Below, in pieces: positions 9,137 through 19,433 of a DNA stretch of 64,000 nt (position 1 is its first letter; every line of letters starts with the position of its first letter). Position numbers and translations under genes: made by a program. The notes beneath the pieces are model-generated. The model saw nothing but the letters and a program-made list of their open reading frames with translations, was not told where the DNA came from and searched no databases. The stretch comes from an uncultured Pelagibacteraceae bacterium (GTDB taxonomy: Bacteria; Pseudomonadota; Alphaproteobacteria; Pelagibacterales; Pelagibacteraceae), in the NCBI GenBank assembly GCA_902589155.1, contig CACIRV010000001.1:95815-159814 (forward strand), read 5' to 3'.

Positions 9137-10120
9137 ATGAAATCTATAATAACAGGAGGGGCCGGATTTATTGGTAGTCACTTAAGTGAAAAATTAATTT
9201 TACTTGGTCACAAAGTCGTGGTGATAGATAATTTTATTGTCGGAAAAAAGAGCAATATTAAGAATATTAAAGGTAGAATTAAAATTGTTAAGAAAGATAT
9301 AAGAAACTATGATTCAATAAAAAATTTATTTAAAAATGTAGATTACGTTTTTCATTTAGCTGCCTTAGCTGATATAGTTCCTAGTATAGAAAATCCAGAT
9401 GATTATTATTCCACTAATGTCCAAGGCACATATAACGTTTTAAAAGCCTCAGTAAAAAATAAGGTTAAAAGATTTATTTATTCAGCTTCATCTTCATGTT
9501 ACGGAATTCCAAAAAAATATCCAACGCCGGAAAATGAAAAAATTTCACCAGAATACCCTTATGCTTTAACCAAAAGAATGGGTGAAGAATTAGTAGTTCA
9601 TTTTTCGAAAGTCTATAAGTTGAATACTACTTCACTTCGATTTTTTAATGTATATGGACCAAGGGCTAGAACATCTGGAACTTATGGCGCTGTCTTTGGA
9701 GTTTTTTTGGCACAAAAAATGGCTAAAAAACCATTTACAATAGTTGGTAATGGAAAACAGAGAAGAGATTTTACCTATGTTGCAGATATTATAGACTCAA
9801 TAATTAAAACCTCTAAACGTAAAAACTTAAGTGGTAAAATTTTTAATGTAGGGAGCGGCAAAACAGTTAGCATTAATAAAATTGCAAAGCTCTTGGGAGG
9901 AAGAAAAGTTTTTATACCTAAAAGACCCGGAGAACCAGATGTTACTTTTGCAGATATCAGAAAGATTAAAAAGGAAGTAAATTGGAAGCCTAGAATTTCT
10001 ATAGAAAAAGGAGTTAATATAATTTTAAAATCTATTAATGACTGGAAAGATGCGCCAGTTTGGACACCAGAAAAGATAAAAAAAGCTACTAAAAAATGGT
10101 TTTTTTATCTAAAGAAATAA
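9137..10120 (+). CDS. NAD-dependent nucleotide-sugar epimerase/dehydratase
   Basis: GGAGFIG, YALTK (YxxxK), RFFNVYGPR, RDFTYV. Confidence 0.9.
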   Translation: MKSIITGGAGFIGSHLSEKLILLGHKVVVIDNFIVGKKSNIKNIKGRIKIVKKDIRNYDSIKNLFKNVDYVFHLAALADIVPSIENPDDYYSTNVQGTYNVLKASVKNKVKRFIYSASSSCYGIPKKYPTPENEKISPEYPYALTKRMGEELVVHFSKVYKLNTTSLRFFNVYGPRARTSGTYGAVFGVFLAQKMAKKPFTIVGNGKQRRDFTYVADIIDSIIKTSKRKNLSGKIFNVGSGKTVSINKIAKLLGGRKVFIPKRPGEPDVTFADIRKIKKEVNWKPRISIEKGVNIILKSINDWKDAPVWTPEKIKKATKKWFFYLKK

Positions 10121-10124
10121 TAAT

Positions 10125-11654
10125 ATGAAAAAAATTCATCAAAAAATTTTAAACTTAGAGCAATTAAAGAAAAAAATTTCAGTAGAAAAAAAAAGAGGAA
10201 AAAAAATTGTTCATTGTCATGGTGTTTTTGATTTATTACATGTTGGTCATATCAAACATTTTAAATCAGCCAAAAAAAATGGAGATTTTCTTTTAGTCTC
10301 TATTACCTCTGATCAATTTGTAAACAAAGGTCCTGGGAGACCAGCGTTTAATCAAAACCTAAGATCAGAAGTTATTTCTTCATTAGAATGTGTTGATGCA
10401 GTATTCATAAATAATTTTCAAACACCAATTAATTTAATAAATTTAATTAAACCAAATATTTATTTTAAAGGTCCTGATTATAAAAATATTCATAAAGATA
10501 GAACAAAAAATATAATTAAAGAAATTAAAGCAACTAAAAAAGGAGGTGGAAAAGTTATGTTTTCAGAAGACATAACTTTTAGCTCGAGCAGCTTAATAAA
10601 CAATCATTATAATTTGCTTTCTCCCTCACAAAGCAAATTTATCAAGACTATTAAAAAAAAATATAATTTAGATTTTATAATTAAAGAGATTGAAAAAATT
10701 AAAAATCTAAAAATACTTTTGATAGGCGAAACAATAATAGATCAATACATCTTTGGAGAAGTATTAGGTAAATCAGGCAAAGAACCACATTTAGTAATGC
10801 AACAAGAGTCAAAAGAACAATATCTTGGTGGAGCAGCGGCAATAGCAAATCACTTATCTACATTTTGTAAAAAAATAAATTTTTTAACTTTAATTGGACA
10901 AGATAAAAATTTTCTAAGTTTTATTAAAAAATCACTAAGAAAAAATATATCTTCACATTTTTTTTTGAAAAAAAAGAGTCCTACAATATTAAAGACAAGA
11001 TTTATTGATAAGATATCAAATAGCAAATTACTTGGTGTTTACGATATGAATGATAAGAGCTTAGATAAAAATTTAGAAAAAAAATTTCAAAATTTTATTA
11101 AAAGAACATCGAAATCTAACGATTTAATATTAATCTCAGATTATGGACATGGCTTAATTTCATCTTCAACAGCTAAGGTTCTACTATCCCAGAATAAATT
11201 TATTTGTTTAAACGCACAAGTTAATGCATCTAATAACGGCTATCATTCTTTGAGAAAATATAAAAAAATTAACACTTTAATTATAAATGAAAATGAGCTC
11301 CGTCATGAAATGAGAGATAAAACAAGTGAAATTGAAATATTATCAAAAAAATTATCAAAAATTCACGACATAAAAAATTTAGTTGTTACAAGAGGTAAAA
11401 TAGGTGCATATATTTTAAAAAACAAAACAAAGTCTTTTTATTGTCCTGCATTTGCGAATGAAGTGGTGGATAAAGTTGGTGCTGGTGATGCAATGTTAGC
11501 AATTATTTCAATATGTTTAAAAGTCAAAATGCCAGAGGATTTAGCTCTATTTATCAGTTCTTTGGCAGGAGCAACTGCTGTTGAGAATATTGGAAATAGT
11601 AAATTCATTAATAAGAATGAGTTAATAAGACAAGTTGAATACATAACTAAATAA
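10125..11654 (+). CDS. Bifunctional nucleotidyltransferase / PfkB kinase (HldE/RfaE-like, reversed domain order)
   Basis: N-terminal HGVFDLLHVGH and KGPDY; C-terminal DYGHG and DKVGAGDA kinase motifs. Confidence 0.85.
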   Translation: MKKIHQKILNLEQLKKKISVEKKRGKKIVHCHGVFDLLHVGHIKHFKSAKKNGDFLLVSITSDQFVNKGPGRPAFNQNLRSEVISSLECVDAVFINNFQTPINLINLIKPNIYFKGPDYKNIHKDRTKNIIKEIKATKKGGGKVMFSEDITFSSSSLINNHYNLLSPSQSKFIKTIKKKYNLDFIIKEIEKIKNLKILLIGETIIDQYIFGEVLGKSGKEPHLVMQQESKEQYLGGAAAIANHLSTFCKKINFLTLIGQDKNFLSFIKKSLRKNISSHFFLKKKSPTILKTRFIDKISNSKLLGVYDMNDKSLDKNLEKKFQNFIKRTSKSNDLILISDYGHGLISSSTAKVLLSQNKFICLNAQVNASNNGYHSLRKYKKINTLIINENELRHEMRDKTSEIEILSKKLSKIHDIKNLVVTRGKIGAYILKNKTKSFYCPAFANEVVDKVGAGDAMLAIISICLKVKMPEDLALFISSLAGATAVENIGNSKFINKNELIRQVEYITK

Positions 11655-11657
11655 GTA

Positions 11658-12638
11658 ATGAAAAAAATAATTGTAATCGGTGGAGCAGGCTATGTTGGAT
11701 GCAGGTTAGTGCCAGAGCTTTTAAAAATTGGCTATAATGTTACAGTTTTTGACTTATTTATTTATGGAAACAATCTCCCAAAAAAAGAGAAAAATTTAAA
11801 TGTAGTTAAGGGAGATGTAAGAAACATTATAAAATTAAAAAAAGCTTTAAAAAATCAAGATATCGTTATTCATCTTGCATGTATATCAAATGATCCAAGT
11901 TTTGAACTTAACCCTAAATTAGGACAAGAAATAAATTTTGACTGTTTTGAGCCACTGGTTAAAGCATCAAAAGAACAGGGGATAGAACACTTCATTTACG
12001 CATCCTCATCAAGCGTTTACGGTGTAAAAGATTTACCTAAAGTTACTGAAACTGCCTCATTAGAACCTTTAACGGATTATTCGAAATTTAAAGTTCAATG
12101 TGAGGATATTTTGCTTTCAAAAACGGACTCAAATTTTGTTGGCTCAGTTATAAGACCTGCGACAGTTTGTGGATATTCACCAAGACAAAGGTTAGATCTA
12201 GTAGTAAATATTTTAACAAATTTTGCTTACCATAAAAAAAAAATTAAAATATTTGGCGGTTCACAACTAAGACCAAATATTCATATAAGCGATATGGTTG
12301 ACTCTTATATATGTTTAATAAAATCAGAAAAAGATAAAGTAAAAAATCAAATTTTTAACGTTGGATTTGAAAATCATTCTGTTGAGAAATTAGCAACAAT
12401 GGTTAAAGAAAATATTAAAGAAAAGGTTGAGCTAGAGTTTCATCAATCAGATGACAATAGATCATACCATATAGATTCAAAAAAAATTAGTGATCTGCTG
12501 AGTTTTAAACCGAAAAAAAATATTAATGAAGCCATTAAAGATTTAATCGATGCCTTTAAAAAAAATGCTTTATATAATACATTTGATAATGAGGAATATT
12601 TTAACATAAAAAAAATGCAAAAAATTAGTTTAAAATGA
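11658..12638 (+). CDS. NAD-dependent epimerase/dehydratase (extended SDR)
   Basis: GGAGYVG, HLACISNDPS, YSKFK, RPATVCGYSPRQRLDL. Confidence 0.88.
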   Translation: MKKIIVIGGAGYVGCRLVPELLKIGYNVTVFDLFIYGNNLPKKEKNLNVVKGDVRNIIKLKKALKNQDIVIHLACISNDPSFELNPKLGQEINFDCFEPLVKASKEQGIEHFIYASSSSVYGVKDLPKVTETASLEPLTDYSKFKVQCEDILLSKTDSNFVGSVIRPATVCGYSPRQRLDLVVNILTNFAYHKKKIKIFGGSQLRPNIHISDMVDSYICLIKSEKDKVKNQIFNVGFENHSVEKLATMVKENIKEKVELEFHQSDDNRSYHIDSKKISDLLSFKPKKNINEAIKDLIDAFKKNALYNTFDNEEYFNIKKMQKISLK

Positions 12639-13738
12639 TGAAAGTTAGATATTCTTATTTAAAACAACAATTTTCTAATTGTCCAGAGCTTTGGTCTGAA
12701 TTAAAAAAGTTTGTAAGTACTGGAGATTTCACTTTAGGAAAACCTTTATTGCAATTTGAAAAAAATTTTGCAAGACTTATAGGTGTAAAATATGCTGTTG
12801 GTGTAAACTCGGGAACAGACGCTATCAAATTAAGCCTTAAAACTTTAAATGTTAAGCAAGGAGATGAGATAATAACTGCTGCAAACACATTTGTTGCAAC
12901 GATTGGAGCAATAACAGAACTTGGAGCTAAACCAGTTTTTGTAGATTGTGATGACACCTTTTGTATGAATGTGGATCAAGTAAAGAGGAAAATTTCAAAA
13001 AAAACAAAAGCTATATTGCCAGTTCATTTCACTGGCTACATGACAAATATGATCAAATTAAAAAAATTATCGAAAAAATATAAGATCCCTATTGTAGAAG
13101 ACGCTTGTCAGTCAATCTTAGGATCAATAAATAAAAAAAAAGCAGGCACATGGGGTGAATTTGGAGCATTTTCATTACATCCACTTAAAAATATTAATGT
13201 TTGGTCAGATGGAGGAGTAATTACTACAAATAATAAAAATTATTATAAACATCTTCTTCTGCTTAGAAATCATGGATTAGTAGATAGAGATACAGTAAAA
13301 ATATCTGGCTACAACTCCAGATTAGATACTTTCCAATCAGTTGTAGGAAATTGGTTATTACCAAAAGCTCATTCTATAGCTAATAAAAGAATAAAAAATG
13401 CAAAATATTTTGATAAACATTTTAAAAAGTTTAAAGAAATAACTATCCCTCAAAGACCTAAAAATTTTAAGATAGTTTACCATCTCTATATTGTGTTTGC
13501 CAAAAAAAGAGATCAACTTCTTAAATATTGTCACTCAAAAGGCATAGAAGCAAAAGTTCATTATCCCAAACCAATGTATTTGCAAGAGTCTTTAAAGTAT
13601 CTAAAGCATAAAAAAGGAGATTTTCCGGTGACAGATGCGCATACAAAAAAAATTATCACTTTTCCTTGCGATCAACATTTAAGTAAAAAACAATTGGATC
13701 ACATAATTAAAACTGTAAAAAATTTTTATAGAAGCTAA
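12635..13738 (+). CDS. DegT/DnrJ/EryC1/StrS aminotransferase
   Basis: NSGTDA, EDACQ, FSLHPLKN (PLP lysine), GYNSRLD. Confidence 0.9.
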   Translation: MMKVRYSYLKQQFSNCPELWSELKKFVSTGDFTLGKPLLQFEKNFARLIGVKYAVGVNSGTDAIKLSLKTLNVKQGDEIITAANTFVATIGAITELGAKPVFVDCDDTFCMNVDQVKRKISKKTKAILPVHFTGYMTNMIKLKKLSKKYKIPIVEDACQSILGSINKKKAGTWGEFGAFSLHPLKNINVWSDGGVITTNNKNYYKHLLLLRNHGLVDRDTVKISGYNSRLDTFQSVVGNWLLPKAHSIANKRIKNAKYFDKHFKKFKEITIPQRPKNFKIVYHLYIVFAKKRDQLLKYCHSKGIEAKVHYPKPMYLQESLKYLKHKKGDFPVTDAHTKKIITFPCDQHLSKKQLDHIIKTVKNFYRS

Positions 13739-14838
13739 TGAAAATACCCTACGTTAATTTGAAAAAACAATATTTTGAGGAAAAATCAAAATTAATACAA
13801 AAAATAAAAAAAATATTAAATTCTGGACAATATGTTGGCGGAGATGAAGTCAAAAAATTTGAAAATAAAATTTCTTCCTTTTTAAATGTCAAACATTGCA
13901 TAGCATTGAATAGTGGCACTGATGCCCTTACATTAGGCTTGTATGCTCTTGGAGTAAAAAGAGGTGATGAGGTAATAACGACATCTAATTCATTTATAGC
14001 TTCCACCTCAGTAATTGTACATCTAGGAGCTAAACCTATCTTTGTTGATGTAAAAAAAGATCAAAACATAAATCCAGATCTTATCGAAAAAGCTATTAGC
14101 AATAGAACTAAAGCAATTATGCCTGTTCATCTTACTGGCCGTGTTTGTGATATGGATGCTATCCTAAAAACGTCTAAAAAACACAATATACCAGTTATTG
14201 AAGATGCTGCACAAGCCATAGGATCGAAATATAGAGGAAAATTTTCTGGAACTTTTGGAACTGTTGGCTGTTTTTCGGCTCACCCTCTTAAAAATTTAAA
14301 TGCTTTAGGCGACTCTGGTTATTTAACCACTAATTCAGGCAGAATTGCAAAATTAATCTTGGATTTAAGAAATCACGGGATGACAAACAGAAACATAGTT
14401 AGAAATTTTGGTTATGTCTCAAGAATGGACAATCTTCAAGCTGGAATATTAAATTTTAGGCTAGAGAGATTAAAAAACGTAGTATTGAAAAGAAGAAAAA
14501 ATGTAAAATTGTATTTAAAAAACTTAAACCAAAAATTTGTTTATATACCTCAAGAAACTAAAAAAGAATATAATACTTATCATACTTTTGTAATTCAAGT
14601 TTCAAAAAGAGATGATTTAAAAAAATATTTGAAAAAAAATGGAGTCGAAACAGCTATACACTATCCAACTCCTATCCATTTACAACCAGCATATAAAAAA
14701 TTAAAATTTGAAAAAAATTACTTACCAGAGACTTTGAAACAATCGAAAAAAATAATTACTTTACCTATCCATCAATTTTTACAAAAGAAAGAAATAATTA
14801 AAATTTGCAAATTAATAAATAAATTTTATGAAAATTAA
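13738..14838 (+). CDS. DegT/DnrJ/EryC1/StrS aminotransferase (second, tandem)
   Basis: NSGTDA, EDAAQA, FSAHPLKN, IHYP. Confidence 0.9.
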   Translation: MKIPYVNLKKQYFEEKSKLIQKIKKILNSGQYVGGDEVKKFENKISSFLNVKHCIALNSGTDALTLGLYALGVKRGDEVITTSNSFIASTSVIVHLGAKPIFVDVKKDQNINPDLIEKAISNRTKAIMPVHLTGRVCDMDAILKTSKKHNIPVIEDAAQAIGSKYRGKFSGTFGTVGCFSAHPLKNLNALGDSGYLTTNSGRIAKLILDLRNHGMTNRNIVRNFGYVSRMDNLQAGILNFRLERLKNVVLKRRKNVKLYLKNLNQKFVYIPQETKKEYNTYHTFVIQVSKRDDLKKYLKKNGVETAIHYPTPIHLQPAYKKLKFEKNYLPETLKQSKKIITLPIHQFLQKKEIIKICKLINKFYEN

Positions 14839-15799
14839 AAAAAAGAATAAAATTAAACTCTATTATGAAATGTTAAGAATTCGAGAAATAGAAAAAACTA
14901 TAGCAGAAAAATATAACGAATGGGAAATGCGTTGCCCAGTACACTTGTCTATTGGTCAAGAGGCTGTTGCTGTAGGGGTGTGCCAAAACTTAAAAAAAAA
15001 TGACGAAATTGTTACAGCTCATCGTTGTCATGCACATTATCTCGCAAAAGGAGGTTCTCTAAAAAGCATGATATCAGAACTTTATGGAAAAGAGACTGGT
15101 TGTGCTAAAGGATTGGGAGGCTCAATGCATTTAATAGATTTGAGAGCTGGTGTTTCCGCAGCTGTACCAATAGTTGGAAGCACTATTCCAATTGGCACCG
15201 GAATAGCCTGGGCAAATAAAATTAAAAAGAGTGGAAAAATAGTAGCTATTTTTTTTGGTGATGGAGCAACTGAGGAAGGTGTTTTTTTTGAAAGTTTAGA
15301 CTTTGCAGCTTTACACAGATTACCAGTTTTATTTGTGTGTGAGAATAATGAGTATTCTGTTTATTCGCATATCTCTAAAAGACAATCAAAAAAAAGAAAT
15401 ATTACATCAATTTCAGAGTCTCTAGGTGTAAAATCATTAAAGTTAAATGGCAATTCAATAGAGGAAGTTTTTTTAAAATCAAAAGATATTATTAATAAAA
15501 TGAGAAAAGATTCGAAACCTTATTTAATAGAATTAAAAACTTTCAGAGCAGTTGAACATTGTGGCCCAAATAATGACGATAACCTTAATTATAGAACAAA
15601 AAATTATTTGAATTACTGGGAACAAAAGTGTCCAATTTCAAATTATGAAAAATTTTTAAAAAGAAATAAACTACTGTCTAACTATCAATTGTTAAAAATT
15701 AAAGAAAATATTAAAAAACAAATTTCTTCTGCATTTGATTTTGCTAAAAAAAGTAAATTCCCAAAAAAGAAATTGCTCAAAAAATATATATATGCTTAA
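14828..15799 (+). CDS. ThDP-dependent dehydrogenase E1 alpha-like subunit
   Basis: HLSIGQEA, GGSMH, GDGA...ENN ThDP motif. Confidence 0.9.
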   Translation: MKIKKKNKIKLYYEMLRIREIEKTIAEKYNEWEMRCPVHLSIGQEAVAVGVCQNLKKNDEIVTAHRCHAHYLAKGGSLKSMISELYGKETGCAKGLGGSMHLIDLRAGVSAAVPIVGSTIPIGTGIAWANKIKKSGKIVAIFFGDGATEEGVFFESLDFAALHRLPVLFVCENNEYSVYSHISKRQSKKRNITSISESLGVKSLKLNGNSIEEVFLKSKDIINKMRKDSKPYLIELKTFRAVEHCGPNNDDNLNYRTKNYLNYWEQKCPISNYEKFLKRNKLLSNYQLLKIKENIKKQISSAFDFAKKSKFPKKKLLKKYIYA

Positions 15800-16868
15800 A
15801 AAAAATAGAAAAATTTCTGTAGCTGAATCAATTAGAGAAGGACTTATCATGTCTATGAAAAAAGATAAAAATGTTATTTTGATTGGCCTTGGAGTAGATG
15901 ATCCTAAAGGAATTTTTGGAACTACAAAAAAAATTGATAAAATATTCTTGAAAAAAAAAAGAGTTTTTGACTTTCCTACAGCTGAAAATACAATGACAGG
16001 AATTGCTATAGGCTCAGCGCTCTCTGGTGTTAGACCTGTAATAGTGCATCAAAGGGTAGAATTTTCTCTTCTTTCTCTAGAGCAAATTATTAATCAGGCA
16101 GCGAAATGGTATTTTATGAGTGGGGGTAAAAAAAGTGTGCCTCTAGTAATCAGGTTAATTATTGGGAGAGGATGGGGGCAGGGACCACAACACTCACAAA
16201 GCTTAGAGACTTTATTTGCACATATACCTGGCTTAAAAGTTGTATGTATTTCAAATCCCAAAAATGCAAAAGGCATATTGATATCAAGCATAGAAGATAA
16301 AAATCCAGTGATAATTTTTGAACATCGATGGCTACATGAAGTTAAAGATTTTGTTCCAAAAAAATATTATAAAACAAAACTAGGAAAAGCAGAAATAATT
16401 AAAAAAGGCAAACATATTACCCTTATATCTAGTTCATATATGACAATGGAATGTTTAAGATGTGCAGAAATTTTAAAAAAATATTCTATACAAGTTGAAA
16501 TAGTTGATCTTCAAAGTTTACGTCCCTTAGACATTAAAACAATAATGAAATCTGTAAGAAAAACAAAAAAAACGCTAGTGGTTGATAACGGTGGTATGAT
16601 GTATGGAATAAGTTCAGAAATAATTTCAAAAATTCACGAAAATTTAAATCCGCGTGAAAAAAGTAAATTTTTAATCAAAAGGATCGGGCTCTCTGATAAC
16701 CCTATTCCGAGCACTAGAAGCCTAGCTAAATACTGTTATCCCACGTATGATGATTTAGTTGATAAAGTAAATAAAATGTTAAAAACAAAACTAAAAATTA
16801 AAAATAAACTTCTAACAAAGAATATAGCAACGGATCAACCTAATTTAAATTTTACAGGACCTTTTTAA
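15792..16868 (+). CDS. ThDP-dependent dehydrogenase E1 beta-like subunit (start moved to ATG 15792)
   Basis: PTAEN, GPQHSQ, NPVIIFEH, DLQSLRPLD; ATG 15792 overlaps the alpha stop and is more plausible than TTG 15735. Confidence 0.88.
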   Translation: MLKKNRKISVAESIREGLIMSMKKDKNVILIGLGVDDPKGIFGTTKKIDKIFLKKKRVFDFPTAENTMTGIAIGSALSGVRPVIVHQRVEFSLLSLEQIINQAAKWYFMSGGKKSVPLVIRLIIGRGWGQGPQHSQSLETLFAHIPGLKVVCISNPKNAKGILISSIEDKNPVIIFEHRWLHEVKDFVPKKYYKTKLGKAEIIKKGKHITLISSSYMTMECLRCAEILKKYSIQVEIVDLQSLRPLDIKTIMKSVRKTKKTLVVDNGGMMYGISSEIISKIHENLNPREKSKFLIKRIGLSDNPIPSTRSLAKYCYPTYDDLVDKVNKMLKTKLKIKNKLLTKNIATDQPNLNFTGPF

Positions 16869-16875
16869 ATATAAT

Positions 16876-17202
16876 ATGATGAAAAATTTTGCTAATACTG
16901 AAACATTTGCCGTAGGTGAAAAATGGAAAAATGCGAATGAAGATGATAGAAACAAAATGATTTCAGGAATTTTAAAAAAAAATTCGGTATTTAAAGATAT
17001 TAAAGTAGTAAGTGTTCCAAATAATGGCCAGATAGTTTTAAAAATTGAACAGTCTATACCTGCCAATCATCGAGGACCAATGTTACTAGATTTAGAGGAA
17101 AAAATTAAAGAGTCAATTGATGAAGGTATTACTGTATGGTGTGAGCCTGTCGGTGATAAAAGTGTTTTAAGAAAATTAAGAGGATTAGAAATAAAAATAT
17201 GA
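16876..17202 (+). CDS. Hypothetical protein, translationally coupled to the radical SAM gene
   Basis: 108-aa ORF; its stop overlaps the next start (ATGA). Confidence 0.75.
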   Translation: MMKNFANTETFAVGEKWKNANEDDRNKMISGILKKNSVFKDIKVVSVPNNGQIVLKIEQSIPANHRGPMLLDLEEKIKESIDEGITVWCEPVGDKSVLRKLRGLEIKI

Positions 17203-18368
17203 AACTTAACAAAGAAAGTTTGAATAACAAAATACAAGGAATAGATACCAGAGAAGGCAAATTAATTTTGGACTCTCATAAATTATCTTATCATTACGAC
17301 AGAGTTGAGTCCTGGGCTAATGGTGAAAAAATAGCTCCAGTGAGTGTAGACATGGCTTTAACTCGAGCTTGTGGAGCAATGTGTTCTTTTTGTTATGCAA
17401 TGGTTCAAGAGCCTCAAGAAAGAGCAAGTATTAAAACTAAAAATGCTTTAGATTTACTTGATGATTTTAAGGAAATAGGTGTAAGAGGCGTCTCATTAAT
17501 TTCAGATGGTGAAAGCACGCTCTCCAAAGCCTATGTTCCATTTATACAACATGCTTCAAAAATAGGTATTGATGTAGGAAATGCAACAAATGGTTGGGAA
17601 TGGGAGAAAGAAAAAATAGACCAAGTGCTTCCCCACTTAAAATGGGTAAGATTTACGGTAGCTGCAGGTACTCCAGAGTCCTATTCAAAGATTATGTTTA
17701 AAGGCAGTGAACATACAAAAGTATTCGATAGGGCTATGTCAAATATTAGATATGCGGTTAGTTTAAAAGAAAAACTTAAACTCGATGTTACACTGGGTAT
17801 CCAAATGGTTTTATTGCCTGAGTTTAAGGATGAGATAATTCCTTTTTCTAAATTGGCAGTAGATCTTGGGGTTGACTATGGTGTTATCAAACATTGTTCA
17901 GACGATGAATTTGGAACATTAGGAGTGGATTATAGTAAATATGAGGATATGTATGCTGAGCTACTTAATGCAGAAAAACTAAGCAATGATAAAACAAAGA
18001 TAATTGTTAAATGGAGTAAAATAGAGAATAAGGGTATTCCATCATATAAAAGATTCTATGGACCCCAGTTTCTTTTACAAATAAGTGGAAGTGGACTAGT
18101 TGCACCATCTGGAATGTTTTTTAATGCAAGGTACTCCAAATTTCACATTGGTAATTTTGTTGATGAAAGATTTAAAGATATTTTTAAATCAGAGAGATAT
18201 TCAAGAATAATGAATTATTTGGCTTCACCCAACTTTGATGCCCAAACTATGATGGGAACATTACCAATACAACATTATGTAAGCGAAGCATTAGACAAAC
18301 ATATTAAAGGGATTGAAAAAATACAACCTGCTAAAGATCCGACACCTTTACATAAAAATTTCTTATAA
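17199..18368 (+). CDS. Radical SAM enzyme with SPASM/twitch-like C-terminal region
   Basis: CGAMCSFC (CxxxCxxC), SDGE, C-terminal G.V.P.G...HIGN...FKDIF pattern. Confidence 0.88.
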   Translation: MKLNKESLNNKIQGIDTREGKLILDSHKLSYHYDRVESWANGEKIAPVSVDMALTRACGAMCSFCYAMVQEPQERASIKTKNALDLLDDFKEIGVRGVSLISDGESTLSKAYVPFIQHASKIGIDVGNATNGWEWEKEKIDQVLPHLKWVRFTVAAGTPESYSKIMFKGSEHTKVFDRAMSNIRYAVSLKEKLKLDVTLGIQMVLLPEFKDEIIPFSKLAVDLGVDYGVIKHCSDDEFGTLGVDYSKYEDMYAELLNAEKLSNDKTKIIVKWSKIENKGIPSYKRFYGPQFLLQISGSGLVAPSGMFFNARYSKFHIGNFVDERFKDIFKSERYSRIMNYLASPNFDAQTMMGTLPIQHYVSEALDKHIKGIEKIQPAKDPTPLHKNFL

Positions 18369-19433
18369 ATGTTTTTTTTAAAAAAAGAAAAAAAAAGACA
18401 TGCTGCCATAAAAAGATTTATGGAAGCAACAATGAAAATAGACTTTGATTTTGAGAAATTTTCTAAGCATAACATATTCAATAAATTAAGTTTTAACTCT
18501 GAATATGGGTTTTACTATTTTCCTTATGGCTATCTATTTAGACACCCAAGATGGGGTAAAATTAATGAATTGGGATTTAGACAAGATTGTGGATCACACG
18601 AGGTAAAAAACAAGTATCCAGATCACATTATAGTAGCAATTTTTGGTGGGTCTAATGCTTTCAGTATACTAGTAAAAGACATTGATACTTTTGCTCAAAA
18701 ACTGGAAAAAAAATTAAATAATAATGAAAATATTAAAAAAAAATTAAATAAAAAATTTAAAGTTTTAAATTTTTCTCAGCCTGCTAACACTATGTTAAAT
18801 CAAATTATAAATTATAATTTATACGCTTATTCATTAAATCCAGAAGTGGTTATTTCTCATGGAGGTGTATGTGATTTTCATTATGGTCAAATTTCTGATA
18901 CTTTTCTTTTAAATAACTATAATATTACTTATGTTGAAATAGCAGAAGCTTGGGGAAAAATAATTCATGATAGCAACACTGAAATAGCCCAAGATTATGT
19001 CGATGAAAATAGTGAAGATTTCAAGCCAGTTAAAGTAAAGAATAATCCTAAAAAAATAGTAGATTCTTTTCACAATAGATTGCAACAGTTTAAAAAGATA
19101 GCAGAGGGCAATGGTTCAATTTTTATCAATTCTCTCGAGTCTTTTTTATATAGCAAGAAGTCTTATTCTAATGAGGAGAAGGAAAAAATAAAGATTTACA
19201 ACAAATATTATCACGATGTTTATAATAATATGAAAAAACTTTTTGATGACTATGAAAGCAAATACCTCAATACTAGCGGAATAGACTATAATGTTAACTT
19301 TCATAAAATTTTTAAAAATTTAGACTCAACAGTTACTCATTTTGGAGACATTATTCACACTTTAGAAACTGGTGAGGAAATCATAGCCAATGAGTATTAT
19401 AAAAAAATATTAGAAAAGTATTCAATTGAATGA
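18369..19433 (+). CDS. SGNH/GDSL-like hydrolase or acyltransferase accessory protein
   Basis: INELGFR, AIFGGSNAF (block I Ser), FGDIIH (DxxH). Confidence 0.65.
   Translation: MFFLKKEKKRHAAIKRFMEATMKIDFDFEKFSKHNIFNKLSFNSEYGFYYFPYGYLFRHPRWGKINELGFRQDCGSHEVKNKYPDHIIVAIFGGSNAFSILVKDIDTFAQKLEKKLNNNENIKKKLNKKFKVLNFSQPANTMLNQIINYNLYAYSLNPEVVISHGGVCDFHYGQISDTFLLNNYNITYVEIAEAWGKIIHDSNTEIAQDYVDENSEDFKPVKVKNNPKKIVDSFHNRLQQFKKIAEGNGSIFINSLESFLYSKKSYSNEEKEKIKIYNKYYHDVYNNMKKLFDDYESKYLNTSGIDYNVNFHKIFKNLDSTVTHFGDIIHTLETGEEIIANEYYKKILEKYSIE

Noticed and set aside
14828-16868. Housekeeping pyruvate dehydrogenase
   Set aside because: No E2/E3 or lipoyl domain nearby, and the pair is embedded in sugar-modification genes
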